62,494 nucleotides of DNA, filler included, from Globobulimina sp. (GCA_003354225.1; 21 parts of 21 records of this genome joined end to end with filler, not necessarily neighbours in it); one strand, 5' to 3'. Positions 1 to 13,159 are shown, counted from the whole stretch's first letter. Notes: a model not told the origin generated them from the letters alone. Numbers and translations are program-made.

Positions 1-157
1 CATAAATTCTATCTACATCTCCAAAAACATAAACACCCTTATCAAAATCAAACATTCTTAATTTACCTTTGTAATTTTCTTTACAAAGAGTTTTTATTTT
101 TTTTACTTTAATATAATTTTTATTAGGTAGCATTAAAAATGTATCACCCGAAACACA
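1..157 (-). mobile_element. Intein N-terminal splicing region inserted in DnaE (truncated)
   Basis: After LEGTQRT, where DnaE normally continues xGxHA(A/G)G, the frame reads CVSGDTFLMLPNKNYIKVKKIKTL, matching intein block A (Cys1 = residue 494). Confidence 0.8.
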
Positions 158-1636
158 AGTTCTTTGGGTCCCTTCAAGTTTTAACATTATTTCAGTTTCT
201 TCAGGGTATTTTTCTTGGAAAGAATTATCTTTTTCTAATGCTTCAGCAATATCACTATCTATAATTTCGCAAAAATCATTAACATCTTTTAAAGGAATCT
301 CAAAAACTCTTGAAACATCACGCACGCAATATTTAGCTTTCATTTTTATAAATGTCGAAACACTTGAAACATTATCTATTCCATATTTATCAATTAAATG
401 TAATCTTATTTCTTCACGCCTTACATCCTCGAAATCTAAATCAATATCCGGGTAATCATTTCTTTCCTCTGCAATAAATCTTTCAAAAATAAGATTGTGT
501 TTTATTGGGTCAACAGTTGTAATACCCATAAGATAGGCTATTAATGAACCTCCAACACTCCCTCTTCCACCAATTAATATATCATTTTCACGGCACCATT
601 GAACAAGTTCATATACCATTGTAAAATATGGGATAAATTTTTTCTTTTTAAGCATTTCAAATTCACGTTCAAAACGATCAAAATACTCGTTGGGAACTTT
701 TGTATGGAAAATATCTAAAAATCTATCCATACAAATTTCTTTTAAATATTCTTCATCACTTAATTCTCTTTTAACAATAGGTAATGTTATTTCCCTTTTC
801 TTAATTTCAAAATTACATTTTTCAGCAACTTCCATTGTATTATGTATTGCTGAAACATATTCAGATTTTTTAATATATTTTAATTTTTCAAAACTTATCA
901 ACATTTCATTTGCTGATTTTAAATATAATTCATCAAACCCTTCATCAAATTTAAAACGTTTTGGGTCATTCCATTTAGCTCTTGAATTTACAGCAAGTAA
1001 AACTTCTTGAGCTTTTATATCTGATTTATTAATACAATGAACGTCTTGAGTAGCAACGAGTTTTATATCTGGATATTCTCGGTGAATATCAAGACAAATA
1101 TTATTTACCTTTTCTTGTAATGGGTGATTGTGAGGCATAATTTCCAAATATAAATCTTCACCAATTCTAACATCCAAATCCCAAAATAAATCCATTCCAT
1201 AATCAGTATTAAGAAAACCACCAACGCAAGCAGTCATCACAATAAGACCTTCACAGTGATTAAGTATATCATTATACCCAATACGTGGGCGTCTGTAAAA
1301 ACCGTCTATATTCGCCTTATTTAGAAGTGTACAGAGGTTTTTGAAACCAATTTCATTTTTAACCAATGCAATTATATGTGCTCTTTTTTCTTTTTTAGGT
1401 TTTTCAAGATTATTTTCAACAATGTATAATTCAGAACCTAATATTGGTTTTATACCTTCGTTTTTACAAGCTTTTTGAAATTGGATTAAACCATCTATAT
1501 TTCCATGATCAGTAATAGCTAATGATTCAAACCCAAGTTCCTTACATCTTTTAGCATAATTTTTACAAGAACCCATCCCGTCGAGAAGGCTAAATTCTGT
1601 GTGAACGTGTAGGTGACTAAAATATTTATTTAACAT
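1..1636 (-). CDS. dnaE: DNA polymerase III alpha subunit (DnaE), phage/bacterial type, 3'-truncated, intein-containing
   Basis: Not in the ORF track because no stop is reached. ATG at 1636 follows AAGGA and reads MLNKYFSHLHVHTEFSLLDG (PHP domain) ... AITDHG ... GRGSVGGSLIAYLMGITTVDP ... FERF ... DYPDIDLDF ... LEGTQRT, open to the contig edge. Confidence 0.95.
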   Translation of the reverse strand, partial: MLNKYFSHLHVHTEFSLLDGMGSCKNYAKRCKELGFESLAITDHGNIDGLIQFQKACKNEGIKPILGSELYIVENNLEKPKKEKRAHIIALVKNEIGFKNLCTLLNKANIDGFYRRPRIGYNDILNHCEGLIVMTACVGGFLNTDYGMDLFWDLDVRIGEDLYLEIMPHNHPLQEKVNNICLDIHREYPDIKLVATQDVHCINKSDIKAQEVLLAVNSRAKWNDPKRFKFDEGFDELYLKSANEMLISFEKLKYIKKSEYVSAIHNTMEVAEKCNFEIKKREITLPIVKRELSDEEYLKEICMDRFLDIFHTKVPNEYFDRFEREFEMLKKKKFIPYFTMVYELVQWCRENDILIGGRGSVGGSLIAYLMGITTVDPIKHNLIFERFIAEERNDYPDIDLDFEDVRREEIRLHLIDKYGIDNVSSVSTFIKMKAKYCVRDVSRVFEIPLKDVNDFCEIIDSDIAEALEKDNSFQEKYPEETEIMLKLEGTQRTCVSGDTFLMLPNKNYIKVKKIKTLCKENYKGKLRMFDFDKGVYVFGDVDRIY

Positions 1637-2172
1637 AAATTCCTTTCTTTTAAATATAAATAAGCTGGTGAAGTTGTATTACTGTTTGGAAAATCATATT
1701 TTACTTCTGCATTCCATCTTGCTAATACTGCATTATCTTTGTTTTTAAATCTTCCAAGAAAAAATAATTTACCATTAATTCTTATGTTTGATAACCATTT
1801 ATTTCTATAACTTTCCCATATAATACCAGTAACTCCTGATTTATTTCTTTTAGAAATTTTTCTATTTCTGGTATTAATTTTTTGAGTAGTATGTCTTAAA
1901 TTATCCCATTTATTATTCCATTGGACCCCATCTTTATGATCAATAATATATTTAGGCCAACACCCTTCCATATATAGCCAAGCAAGACGATGAGCAAGAT
2001 ATAATTTATTATTTATATGTATATGAATATACCCGTCTTTTCTTTTATAACCAGCAATTTTATTTTTAACTTTATTTGCAAATTTATTAATTTTCCATTT
2101 AAATATACCTGTATTGGGGTTATAATTTAAATTTCTTTTTAATTCTATTTGTGTTATTTCTTTATTTTCCAT
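1630..2172 (-). CDS. HNH homing endonuclease with C-terminal AP2-like DNA-binding domain
   Basis: YLAHRLAWLYM..IDHKDG..NNKWDNLR (HNH) then NKSGVTGI.W..KW...I..NGK.FFLGRF....A..AR (AP2); its stop overlaps the dnaE start. Confidence 0.9.
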   Translation of the reverse strand: MENKEITQIELKRNLNYNPNTGIFKWKINKFANKVKNKIAGYKRKDGYIHIHINNKLYLAHRLAWLYMEGCWPKYIIDHKDGVQWNNKWDNLRHTTQKINTRNRKISKRNKSGVTGIIWESYRNKWLSNIRINGKLFFLGRFKNKDNAVLARWNAEVKYDFPNSNTTSPAYLYLKERNLC

Positions 2173-2179
2173 GAAGACC

Positions 2180-2883
2180 TTACTTTTTCATATCTAATCT
2201 CCATTTATAAATTTGTTCTGAAGAAGTAAAACGTAATTGAACATCTGTGTTTTTTTCAAAATGTTTTCTATTTTTAATTCTAAAAAGATTTGGATATTTA
2301 TTCATTAATTTTTTAACATCACTAATTCTATATTTTAATCTATCTTTATAAGGTCCAAGACCACCCTCTTGATAATGTTTTTTTAAAGGGAATAAATAAT
2401 TATTAATAACAACACTACCAAATCTTAAAAGGTGTTCGGCTGTATTTCTAAAATCTTCCATTGTAATACCTGTATCATAAGTTAAATTTTGATTTTTCAT
2501 TAATAACATGCTCCCTATACAAAAACCAACAGGTCTAAATTTTTTAGCTCTAAAAAAATAATTATCAGTCAATGAAAATGCGCACATTTTAGCCCCTATA
2601 TCTTCAGCATATTTAATGGTATCATCAAATATATATTCTAAATAATTAAGGTTGCAAATTTCATTAAATATTTTTATCCAAAATTTTCTATTATTAAAAT
2701 GTTTAATTGGCATTTCATATATATTATAATATTCTTTATTTACACCTTTTAACTTTAATATATTACAATCAGCAAAAACAAACCATTCATCTTGTTTTAT
2801 AAATTTATTAACACCCCATTCCATTTGTCTTATTTTACCACCACCATCATTATAATTGGTATTACTAACATAAATATTTTTTT
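2180..2883 (-). CDS. Putative TET/JBP-associated-type (TAGT/GREB1-like) glycosyltransferase, 5'-truncated
   Basis: Motifs FVFADCNI, DNYFF, MEDF..T..HL..FGSV, HYQEGGLG and LMNKYPNLF resemble phage DNA-base glycosyltransferases; frame is open to the contig edge. Confidence 0.65.
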
Positions 2884-2983
2884 NNNNNNNNNNNNNNNNN
2901 NNNNNNNNNNNNNNNNNNNNNNNNNNNTTAATTAATTAANNNNNNNNNNNNNNNNNNNNNNNNNNNNNNNNNNNNNNNNNNNN
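2884..2983. other. Artificial contig spacer, first of 20 (others start at 5867, 8850, 11833, 14816, 17799, 20781, 23763, 26744, 29724, 32704, 35684, 38664, 41644, 44624, 47604, 50583, 53562, 56540, 59518)
   Basis: 44 N + TTAATTAATTAA (stops in all six frames) + 44 N; flanking contigs decrease from 2883 to 2877 nt. Confidence 0.99.
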
Positions 2984-3305
2984 GAAATGTTACGTCTATG
3001 AGCTCACGTTGATACTACTTTTCTCTATGGCTATACACAATCTTCAATGTACATGTACATCTAACATCAACATTATTACTTTCATCCGACGATTGGTTGA
3101 TGATAAAGGTATTATTACCTCCCATAAAAACTACATCAGTATGGAAATAGTTGCCTTTACCGACATAAGCATAAAAGTTTTGTTGGGCCATGATGGTTCT
3201 GGTGGTATTATTATATTATATGGTTTTGGTTGGTGTGGTTGGATGGTGTTTTATAGGGTTGTTTAAGTGTTGTTGCTTATCGAAAATCGTAGACTGTATT
3301 TTTAT

Positions 3306-4265
3306 TTAGTGAGAGTCATCTGATCTGTTCTTAAAACCGCAAATCAAAGCACTTGCACTAAGCAAAGTAATAACACTACCAAAAGATGTTAAAATCGGAT
3401 CAATATCTACTGAATGACACGAATAATCATCTGAGTCAATACATTGCCCACATTCATTTGGATTATATTTTGTTTCATCTTCATCTTGAATATACATTCC
3501 ATCTTTTGGACAACGCAATGTTCCCCAAAACAACATAATAAGTCCACCCACAAACGCAAATATCAACAATAAAACAATAAACAATTTGGAACACTTAAAA
3601 TTAGTACATTTTAGTTCTTTGTTCATTTCTACAATGCTCGAACAATGGAATAATAAAATACTAACATATATTACAAATATGGTCAAAAATATATATCCAA
3701 CCATTAAATACATTGTGTTGTGAGCATAGTCCACACATTCAAATGTCACATTATCTATACATTGATTAAAACAATTATTTGGATTATCATTTGTTTTCTG
3801 TTTTGAATCACCTTCATCTGAACCTGTCGGACAGTCCATGTAACCCAAAAAAAGAAACGTTACAAATAACGATATTAACAATCCATTTAAAATAACAATA
3901 CAAACACATGAACCAATCAATGTTGTAAAAATACAACTGTTTCTATATGACACTGTTTCTGACACTTTGACTTCTTCATATGATGGCAAATGATCCTCAG
4001 TATTTATTACAATCGGTTCCATGAGTTCCATCTCAGTCTCTTCATCATTGACCGGTTGATTTGTATCATCATTTTGTTGAGGTGTTTTATGCGATGTTTC
4101 TGATGTTTTGATAGGTGTTCTTGTTTGGAAAAATTTAACAATTCGATCTACCATATCCTTTTTTGTTCCGTATGTGGATAACTGGTTTGCTTTGCATTTT
4201 TTTACTATTTGCAACTTGGTCAACCGCAACAATTCTTTGCGTGTTGTTGGAGTTAATGATGACAT
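3306..4265 (-). CDS. SAP-like domain, four-TM membrane protein with two Cys-rich loops
   Basis: N-terminal LLRLTKLQIVKKCKANQLSTYGTKKDMVDRI (SAP-like), four hydrophobic segments, duplicated CP..NPNxC.QCID..C loop. Confidence 0.7.
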   Translation of the reverse strand: MSSLTPTTRKELLRLTKLQIVKKCKANQLSTYGTKKDMVDRIVKFFQTRTPIKTSETSHKTPQQNDDTNQPVNDEETEMELMEPIVINTEDHLPSYEEVKVSETVSYRNSCIFTTLIGSCVCIVILNGLLISLFVTFLFLGYMDCPTGSDEGDSKQKTNDNPNNCFNQCIDNVTFECVDYAHNTMYLMVGYIFLTIFVIYVSILLFHCSSIVEMNKELKCTNFKCSKLFIVLLLIFAFVGGLIMLFWGTLRCPKDGMYIQDEDETKYNPNECGQCIDSDDYSCHSVDIDPILTSFGSVITLLSASALICGFKNRSDDSH

Positions 4266-4357
4266 GCTTTTCTTAAAAACTCAAAGTGTTTCGCATTTAC
4301 AACCCAACCCATCAACTCTTCTTCGATCATATTTTTCCGTAACACCGAACCCAATAA

Positions 4358-5860
<1,503 letters not shown>

Positions 5861-6093
5861 TTTTTTNNNNNNNNNNNNNNNNNNNNNNNNNNNNNNNNNN
5901 NNNNNNNNNNTTAATTAATTAANNNNNNNNNNNNNNNNNNNNNNNNNNNNNNNNNNNNNNNNNNNNAATTGGGTCAATATATTTAGAATTTAGATAACGA
6001 AATTAATAGAAAGAAGAGTGAAATTAAACACAAATTAAATTATTACTAATTAGCAAACAATCTGTCTAATGCAAGTGAATAATGAATCAAATG

Positions 6094-8849
6094 TCAAACA
6101 GAGACAATACGGGTTATATCTGGTTGCAGTCTATTTCCATTGCCATGAACGCCATCATCATGTTCATCATTCGAATTCGAATTCGAGTCAATGTTTATTT
6201 TTTCTATATCTGCAGTTGTTTTTGTTTTTGCAATTGTATTAATATCGAATTGATGCAACGGGAATTGTTGGATTAACATGTTTTTAATGGTAGAAGCAAA
6301 TAATTTACTTATAAGTTGCCGAACTTCTCTGTTGTCGATGGCTATGCATAGAATTAAATAATCATACAAATTCAACACAAATTGTTGCTGTTCTTTTTTA
6401 TTTCTCCACAAATCGTCATTTAAAATGCTATCCAATAACATCACAATCACACCAGTCTTCCATCGCAATCCTTTATCAATATTATGACTCGCTGATTTTA
6501 TCACTTTTTGTCGCGGCGATGTATATATTCTTGCACTGCTCTGACTGCCACGATTATTATTATTATTATTATTATTTTCCTTGTTTTTGTTCTTGCTACT
6601 TTTCGCCTGCTTATTTTTTCTATTTTTTTTATTAAAAAATCTAGCTTTTAACTCAATTTTCGCCTTCTGCGGGGTCGGTATTTTCGGAATCGACGGTGCG
6701 GGCAAAGTGGGCACACCGTGGTATGGCGGCGTTGGTGACGGCGACGGCGACCTTTGACTTTGGTTGATATTCAACGACGGCGAGGTGGACATTTTAAATG
6801 GTTGAATCCTGGCATCATTGCAATAAGATTCCACTAATTGGTTGCAAAAAGCATACAGTTTATCCATACACGCGGCTTTATGCAGTTTGTGTGTTTCTCG
6901 TTTCATCTTTGCTTGCGAGGCAATATAATTTGAACATAATGTCAGCAATGTCTCCAAAATAATGGACGCGGAGCGCGATTCTTGAAAATATAAATCCGGC
7001 ACATCGCTGGGTTTGGGCGGCTGCAAAGTGGCCGAATGCGAGGCATTGAATAAGAAATGGCGGAAATTTAGATTTTGATTAAACTCTCTAGAAAATTTAT
7101 ACGATTTTTGAAAGCCATTTAGTAACACATTCATTTGCTGGATATGCAATTTATTATAATGATTGATGCTGATATTAAATAACTGATCCAATACAATCAA
7201 ATGCACCATGCACTGCACACTCGTTACGGATTTATTGTACCTCGGCATTGGATATCTATGTCCGGACGGATGCGACTTTTGATACGATTGATATTCCACA
7301 CATTTGCTGTCAAATTGCGCGGAAAAGGCAAACGGCAACGAATTGTTCAACGACTTGCACAATGAATCTATAACAACACTCCATTCATTCACGCTCAATT
7401 TGTCAAAGGTGCCGTCAATTAATATCTTCCAACACTTGACCGAGATCTTGGCAGTCTTTTCATTTAATTGATTGATGCCGGACTGCAATAACAAGGAGAT
7501 CTTATCCAGCATAAAGCGCGTATTTGCAAAAAAAAGCGTAAACAACGCAATCAGCTGCGCCAATGCATTGATCCCGGTCGTTTCCAACCAATTCGTGTCC
7601 ATCCCATGGTGCATAATCTGCTGATTAGATGGCGTCATGATACTCGATCGCATTTGGATTTGGTTATGATAAATATCGTCAAATATCGGCAGCAACACGC
7701 CCCGAAATATCAACTCCCACATCGCCGAACTAAAACCCTCGCCGTGCTGCTGTAAGATCTGAAACATGGCTTCCAAGGACTTCCCGCGAACTTCGATGCG
7801 TTCGTCGAATATCAAGCGGCTCAGCCCAGTCAAGCACAAAAACCAGGCCTTGATCATCGGCGACTCCTTTTGTGGATGGAATATATAATTCTGATGCTCA
7901 GTGCTCTCATTAGTACTGATGCAACGGTCCAAATCGTACAAATGCTGCGCACACAGCACCAAATTGTTGATGGCTTTCAAGGAGATGTCCGTCCATATAT
8001 TGCCACTGAACGACACCAAACAATTTACGCATTCGTCCAAGGTCTCTGCGGCCAAAATCTGCGGCGTATTCTGGTCAGTCTGCCCCGTGATCTTCAACAA
8101 TGGGAAGTAATCGCACAAGATCTGCTGCGTGATCTTGAAAGTCGCAGAGGACAACGCTTCGTGCGGGTCCTTGGCAGCAATGCCCAAGACACTGAACACG
8201 GTCTTCCAGCCAGATTTGACGTTATTAAATCGGGCCTTGACGACGCGAAATATGCACTCCACGATCAACAGGCGGATCTCCTGCGATTTGCTGCGTTCCA
8301 TTATGTGCTGGAACGGGATTAAAAACTTATTCTGGAACTGGAAATTGGTCAATTCCTCCTTTTCAAAGAATAATAACGCCAATTGCCGCAATGAGTTAAT
8401 AGCGTACGCGCCGATATTTGTGTTGTAGTGACAGCCGGCTTTGACAAAGTGCGGCGACAACACGTTCCAAATCCGCTGCCACACCAACGGTATACGCAGG
8501 TTTATATTATCATGCGCCACCTCTACGATTTTGCGCAGTGAGAAGACGCGCGGATTCAGCAAATTGTCCAATTCCATGGCGGAGACGCACGATAAGCCCA
8601 CACTGAAATGGACGATGCCTTCGCTGTCCAATCGTACGCTGTCTTGGTAGATTTTGTCAATCATAGACTGCGATATTTGCTGCGTGACCATGTATACATT
8701 TTGCTGCGATATTTCGTCGCCTCCGGCCCCATAACGAATGATGCCATCACTGCTCATTTTCGCCGTTTTACGCGCCAATTTTAACTGGTATTTGTTGCCG
8801 TTTTTGGTCTTATTACGGTCGTTATCATCGACACTGACATCGCCGTCGT
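6094..8849 (-). CDS. BIG/Sec7-family ARF guanine nucleotide exchange factor, C-terminal HDS domains (5'-truncated)
   Basis: PRVFSLRKIVEVAHDN, AINSLRQLA..F.EKEELTNFQFQNKFL.PF, NVKSGWKTVF, W.LIFRGVLLPIFD. Confidence 0.9.
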
Positions 8850-8949
8850 NNNNNNNNNNNNNNNNNNNNNNNNNNNNNNNNNNNNNNNNNNNNTTAATTA
8901 ATTAANNNNNNNNNNNNNNNNNNNNNNNNNNNNNNNNNNNNNNNNNNNN

Positions 8950-9109
8950 TGTCTTAGAATCAAATAATATGAAACAGCTACGTACTGCCGAAACCGAAAA
9001 GTACGCACATGTAACATTCTTTTTTAACGGTGGTGTAGAAAAACCTTTTGTAGGAGAAGAGCGCGATATGATAGCATCTCCTAAGGTTGCAACTTATGAT
9101 TTACAACCA
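8950..9109 (+). CDS. gpmI: Fragment of bacterial-type cofactor-independent phosphoglycerate mutase (iPGM), probably chimeric
   Basis: [42 protein letters not shown]; similarity ends where EMS would normally follow. Confidence 0.85.
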
Positions 9110-10890
9110 TTGAGTATTTCATCTGGCTCTGAAAGACATTACCATTTGGTGCATGATGCCGATCCATTACGAAATTATTCATATTATTTCAACTTTTGCC
9201 AACCAGTGCATCACATGCCTCTTGACATTTGCACAAATTCATCAAAAAGACCTGAATTCGCACAGGGTTTTTGTAAACCATTTTCGTTTTCAACCCAATC
9301 AAATTCGTGTCCGATACAGAATATTATTCAAATCGATAATAACGGTATGCTTTAATTGTCTTTTTTAATTATTCGGAAAACAAAATAAAAAAATAATGCA
9401 TTAATCGTTTATTTAATTAGCATTTGCGTATCAAGTTAACAATGTACATGACGAATGTTACCGATTAAGCAACGAGAATGGTGGTCCAATGGAATGGCAT
9501 TTATATGATGTAAATGATCCATCCGCTGGCATCATAATTAAATTAACAAATGGCGACTATTCAACGTTTTGTAAAGATGCATCGAAAAATAGGGAAATAG
9601 ATTTAATCCTTCGTTGCGACCCAGAAACTGTAGGGACAGAGTTGTCTGCGGCTGCTATAATTATTGAAGATGATGATAAAGCAGCTTGTCATTACCGGAT
9701 GGAATTAAACTCAGTGTGGGGCTGTCCAACAAATTGTGCTATTGTAAACAATGCATTATGTAATAACAAAGGAATTTGCTCTTATGATTTCTCAAACAAT
9801 GTACCAAAATGTTTTTGTTATTCTACTTTTGAAGGCGATGGTTGCCAAAAAGTTAATGTTCAAACTCCGATTTTTTTATATGTAATTTGTGTGCATACAA
9901 AACAAAAACACATCATAATTATAATAGGAAAAACATGGCAAATCTGAAACTTCAGAAGTTGCGGTATTAATCATTTCTAAATTAACCCCATTGTTTACTA
10001 TCAATGCAACCGATATCCAGTATGACTTAACAAATATTAATCAACTTAATGAAGTGATTGATGATTTTGAAAGCAATAACAATGTAGATTATCGATATTA
10101 TTTCCAATTTGAATCAGTTGTGGACGAACGTGAACTACCATTATCGTGTAAAACTGCGTTATTATCATGCGATTTTGCTACAGATCCAGAATGTAAAAAT
10201 GTACAAAGTAATAATAACTCGATTGGTGTAGCTTATCGCGTAGATAATAATGATAAATCATGTGTTGTGTTGGCTGAAATTGGTAATTTTAAGACCGTAT
10301 TATTCGATAATAAATTGCCAGCAAAAGGTGTTCGAATAATATATGAAGGCGGATATGATCCAGACTTGAATGTAAATTTTAAATTTAATATTGATTTAGA
10401 ATGTAGTAGAAATAATAAAAAAAGAAATAACACAATATTTGAAGTTACAAAATATGACGATAGTTCATATTCTGTTCATTTTGTGACTCCGCTAGCATGT
10501 CCGATCCAGTGTACACATGATAGTTATAATGAATTAACGCCATTAACTGTATGCAATGAGAGGGGATTATGTGTCATGGATCCGTATGACAAGAAAACAA
10601 GATGCATTTGTGATGACGGATGGCATGGTGAATTATGTATGGACGAAATAGAAGTACCAAAGAAACATAATGATACTGTTTATGTTGTCATTGTCGCATT
10701 GTTAGTAACTGTGATTGGGTTTGTGTCAATGGTTGGTATTATGTTATATCTTAAATGGAAACAAAGAGCAAATATAGCCTATGCTGATTTAGCACTTAGA
10801 CATGGTGATTTAGCTAGTGGTTTAATGACAATCGCACCACTTAATACTAACGACGATTCCGATGATGATGATGGTTTTACATGTAATTGA
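9095..10890 (+). CDS. Type I membrane protein with MRH(M6P-receptor)-like and EGF-like domains (MRH-EGF-MRH-EGF-TM), 5'-incomplete; introns 9345-9420 and 9852-9927
   Basis: [37 protein letters not shown] motifs CNNKGIC..CFC..FEGDGC and [21 protein letters not shown] near the C-terminus; both GT-AG introns restore frame. Confidence 0.75.
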
Positions 10891-11097
10891 TATGATCATC
10901 ACCATACAGATGTTACTGTAAACAAAACATTGCAAAATTAAATGATTTTCGTTGAAATGTTTTTCAAACTAGTTTCTACTCCAAGTTGAAAGCCATACGT
11001 TTGACGCTTTATACCCATTTTCTGACTGGGTGTTTTGTTTAAGACTGTCGTATGCAAAAACATACGATACACATAAGTATATATAAGTTTTTTTGCA

Positions 11098-11832
11098 TCA
11101 TCTGACCAAACGATACGAAGTTACAATCAATTTATCAGAAGGTACGTTATGACCAAACAACGAGGATAATGACTTATTACTTCCTGGGAAATACATAACT
11201 CTCCACCTTTTCCCTTGCCGCAAATCAATCCATTCAAATCCGTTTGATTTTGCAGATATCGATGCAATACATAGCAATTGATCTTGTCTCCATAATAATG
11301 GAAAGTTCTCATGCTGCATTCGTGTCGGTTGTATCATATAACACTTATTTTTATGCAAATCCAAATATTCAACATCATGCAAGGCACCAATCTTACTGTC
11401 GCCTCCTGCGATGTATATGACATCATTTTTGAATGTGTCATAATAAATCCCTGATTCACATCGGCCAATGTTCAAATCACTTAATTTATTCCATTTATTT
11501 TCATACAAATCATACGACTGTATTTCACCAACAAATTTTCCTCCATGATACCCACCACAAACCACAGCCATTTCTTTATCGATATCACTGATTAAACACG
11601 CTGACGGATGCGTTCTTTGTCCAATGTCGTAGGGACTGCCCAGAGTTTCCCATTTCCATTGTTTCAGATCCATATTTGCATTGAAATCAAATGATAATCG
11701 GTAACAATGAGCGAAGTCAGGGGAAAGAGAAGAATCTCCGGCAATTGATAATAGCCCAAATTTTGAGGAATATAATACATAATTTCCGTACAATTGATAG
11801 GATAAATTGGGTAAACTGTAAATGTGGCAAAC
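11098..11832 (-). CDS. Kelch-repeat beta-propeller protein (5'-truncated)
   Basis: VVCGGY..YDLYENKWNKLSDLNIGR and IYIAGG..VEYLDLHKNK repeats. Confidence 0.8.
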   Translation of the reverse strand, partial: VCHIYSLPNLSYQLYGNYVLYSSKFGLLSIAGDSSLSPDFAHCYRLSFDFNANMDLKQWKWETLGSPYDIGQRTHPSACLISDIDKEMAVVCGGYHGGKFVGEIQSYDLYENKWNKLSDLNIGRCESGIYYDTFKNDVIYIAGGDSKIGALHDVEYLDLHKNKCYMIQPTRMQHENFPLLWRQDQLLCIASISAKSNGFEWIDLRQGKRWRVMYFPGSNKSLSSLFGHNVPSDKLIVTSYRLVR

Positions 11833-11948
11833 NNNNNNNNNNNNNNNNNNNNNNNNNNNNNNNNNNNNNNNNNNNNTTAATTAATTAANNNNNNNNNNNN
11901 NNNNNNNNNNNNNNNNNNNNNNNNNNNNNNNNTAACTTTGAACTCGTC

Positions 11949-12845
11949 ATGATGGCAGAGTTTGAGTTTACTATTGATGACATAGAAAATTATCGGGTTG
12001 TTATTGTAGCATGTTCAATATTCCTGATGTGGCTATTGAATTTATTTTTAATTAAAATATGTGGAATGCGGCAAGATATTTATACAAGAACAACAATCGA
12101 CAAAATGGATAAAATATTACTCAATAAATACAAATATTCAATTCCATTGCATCGGATGATGACTCGAGCTATTGATAAAGATGGCAAATATCGGAGAAAA
12201 TCAATGACAAATTGTGTAATTATTTATGGCACTACGAATTTAATAATGTTTTGTATTTTAATTTATATCATTCTAACAAACAGAGCATGGATTTATAATC
12301 ATTTCATAAAAAATACATCAGTCTCAGTCATGTATAAACCATATCAATTATTCACATGCATTGGTTTTAGTTATTTTATATTTGAATTAATATACAATCA
12401 CCAATATGAGTATCACAAATGGGATAAAACTACGTCTTCCCATCATTGGGTTGCTTTGTTTACATCGCTATTTGCTATGAATGGCATTTGTTTGCCATTT
12501 TGCACTTTTTATGGTATAAATGCTACAATTATGTCATTCCCAACGTGTTATTTTATAGCGTGGACATTCAGTAAATATTCACCTAAATATGCACAGCAAA
12601 CAAGATCTGTTTCAAGATATATCTATTTCTATCATTTAATAATATCATTATTCAATGTGACAGGCACAGTCTATATCTGTGTAAATGGAATGAAAAACGA
12701 CACCATTCCCGCAACCCACGTCATATTGTTTTTATGTGTTGCAGTTGTTTGGATTTATGACGATATAAACACAATGCAATGGCTAGACATGCTATCTATC
12801 CATAAATACGAAGGCATTCAGTTTTATAAAAAGCATAAAAAATAA
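11949..12845 (+). CDS. Multi-pass membrane protein, TLC (TRAM/LAG1/CLN8)-like
   Basis: Several TM segments and the pattern GFSYFIFEL...HHW. Confidence 0.55.
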   Translation: MMAEFEFTIDDIENYRVVIVACSIFLMWLLNLFLIKICGMRQDIYTRTTIDKMDKILLNKYKYSIPLHRMMTRAIDKDGKYRRKSMTNCVIIYGTTNLIMFCILIYIILTNRAWIYNHFIKNTSVSVMYKPYQLFTCIGFSYFIFELIYNHQYEYHKWDKTTSSHHWVALFTSLFAMNGICLPFCTFYGINATIMSFPTCYFIAWTFSKYSPKYAQQTRSVSRYIYFYHLIISLFNVTGTVYICVNGMKNDTIPATHVILFLCVAVVWIYDDINTMQWLDMLSIHKYEGIQFYKKHKK

Positions 12846-13159
12846 CGTGCCGCTACAAAAACTTACTTGCAACGACTGACACTTTTTGTACATGTTGGGA
12901 TTATCAAAAACGAGGCTGTTGAAACATTTCAATAAACGTTACTGTAAAAAGAACATATCATGCATGAGAAAGACATTTTTTTTTGCCAAAAATAAAAGAA
13001 TATGGCAAAAAAAAAATAAACAATAAAAAAAAGAACCAATCATTAAAGCAAAAAAAATAATAGAAAAAACAAACAAAAAACAGAAAAAAGAAAAAAAAAA
13101 GAAGAAATAAAAATAAATGTATAATAAAAAAGAAGGCTAAAGACATCTATCTATATAGC

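Noticed and set aside
690-1010. Track ORF here and many other short antisense or nested ORFs (e.g. 7870-8322, 18988-19518, 59770-60453)
   Set aside because: Shadows of longer recognisable genes on the other strand or frame.
2884-2983. Regularly spaced TTAATTAATTAA as a biological repeat; ORFs ending in X..LIN
   Set aside because: Artificial spacer; no gene-neighbourhood inference across spacers is valid.
11098-11832. Kelch protein as the RAG2-like partner of the transposase
   Set aside because: Different contig, no PHD finger, and Kelch proteins are common.
12958-13146. Phe-rich ORF
   Set aside because: Translation of an A/T-rich 3' UTR.
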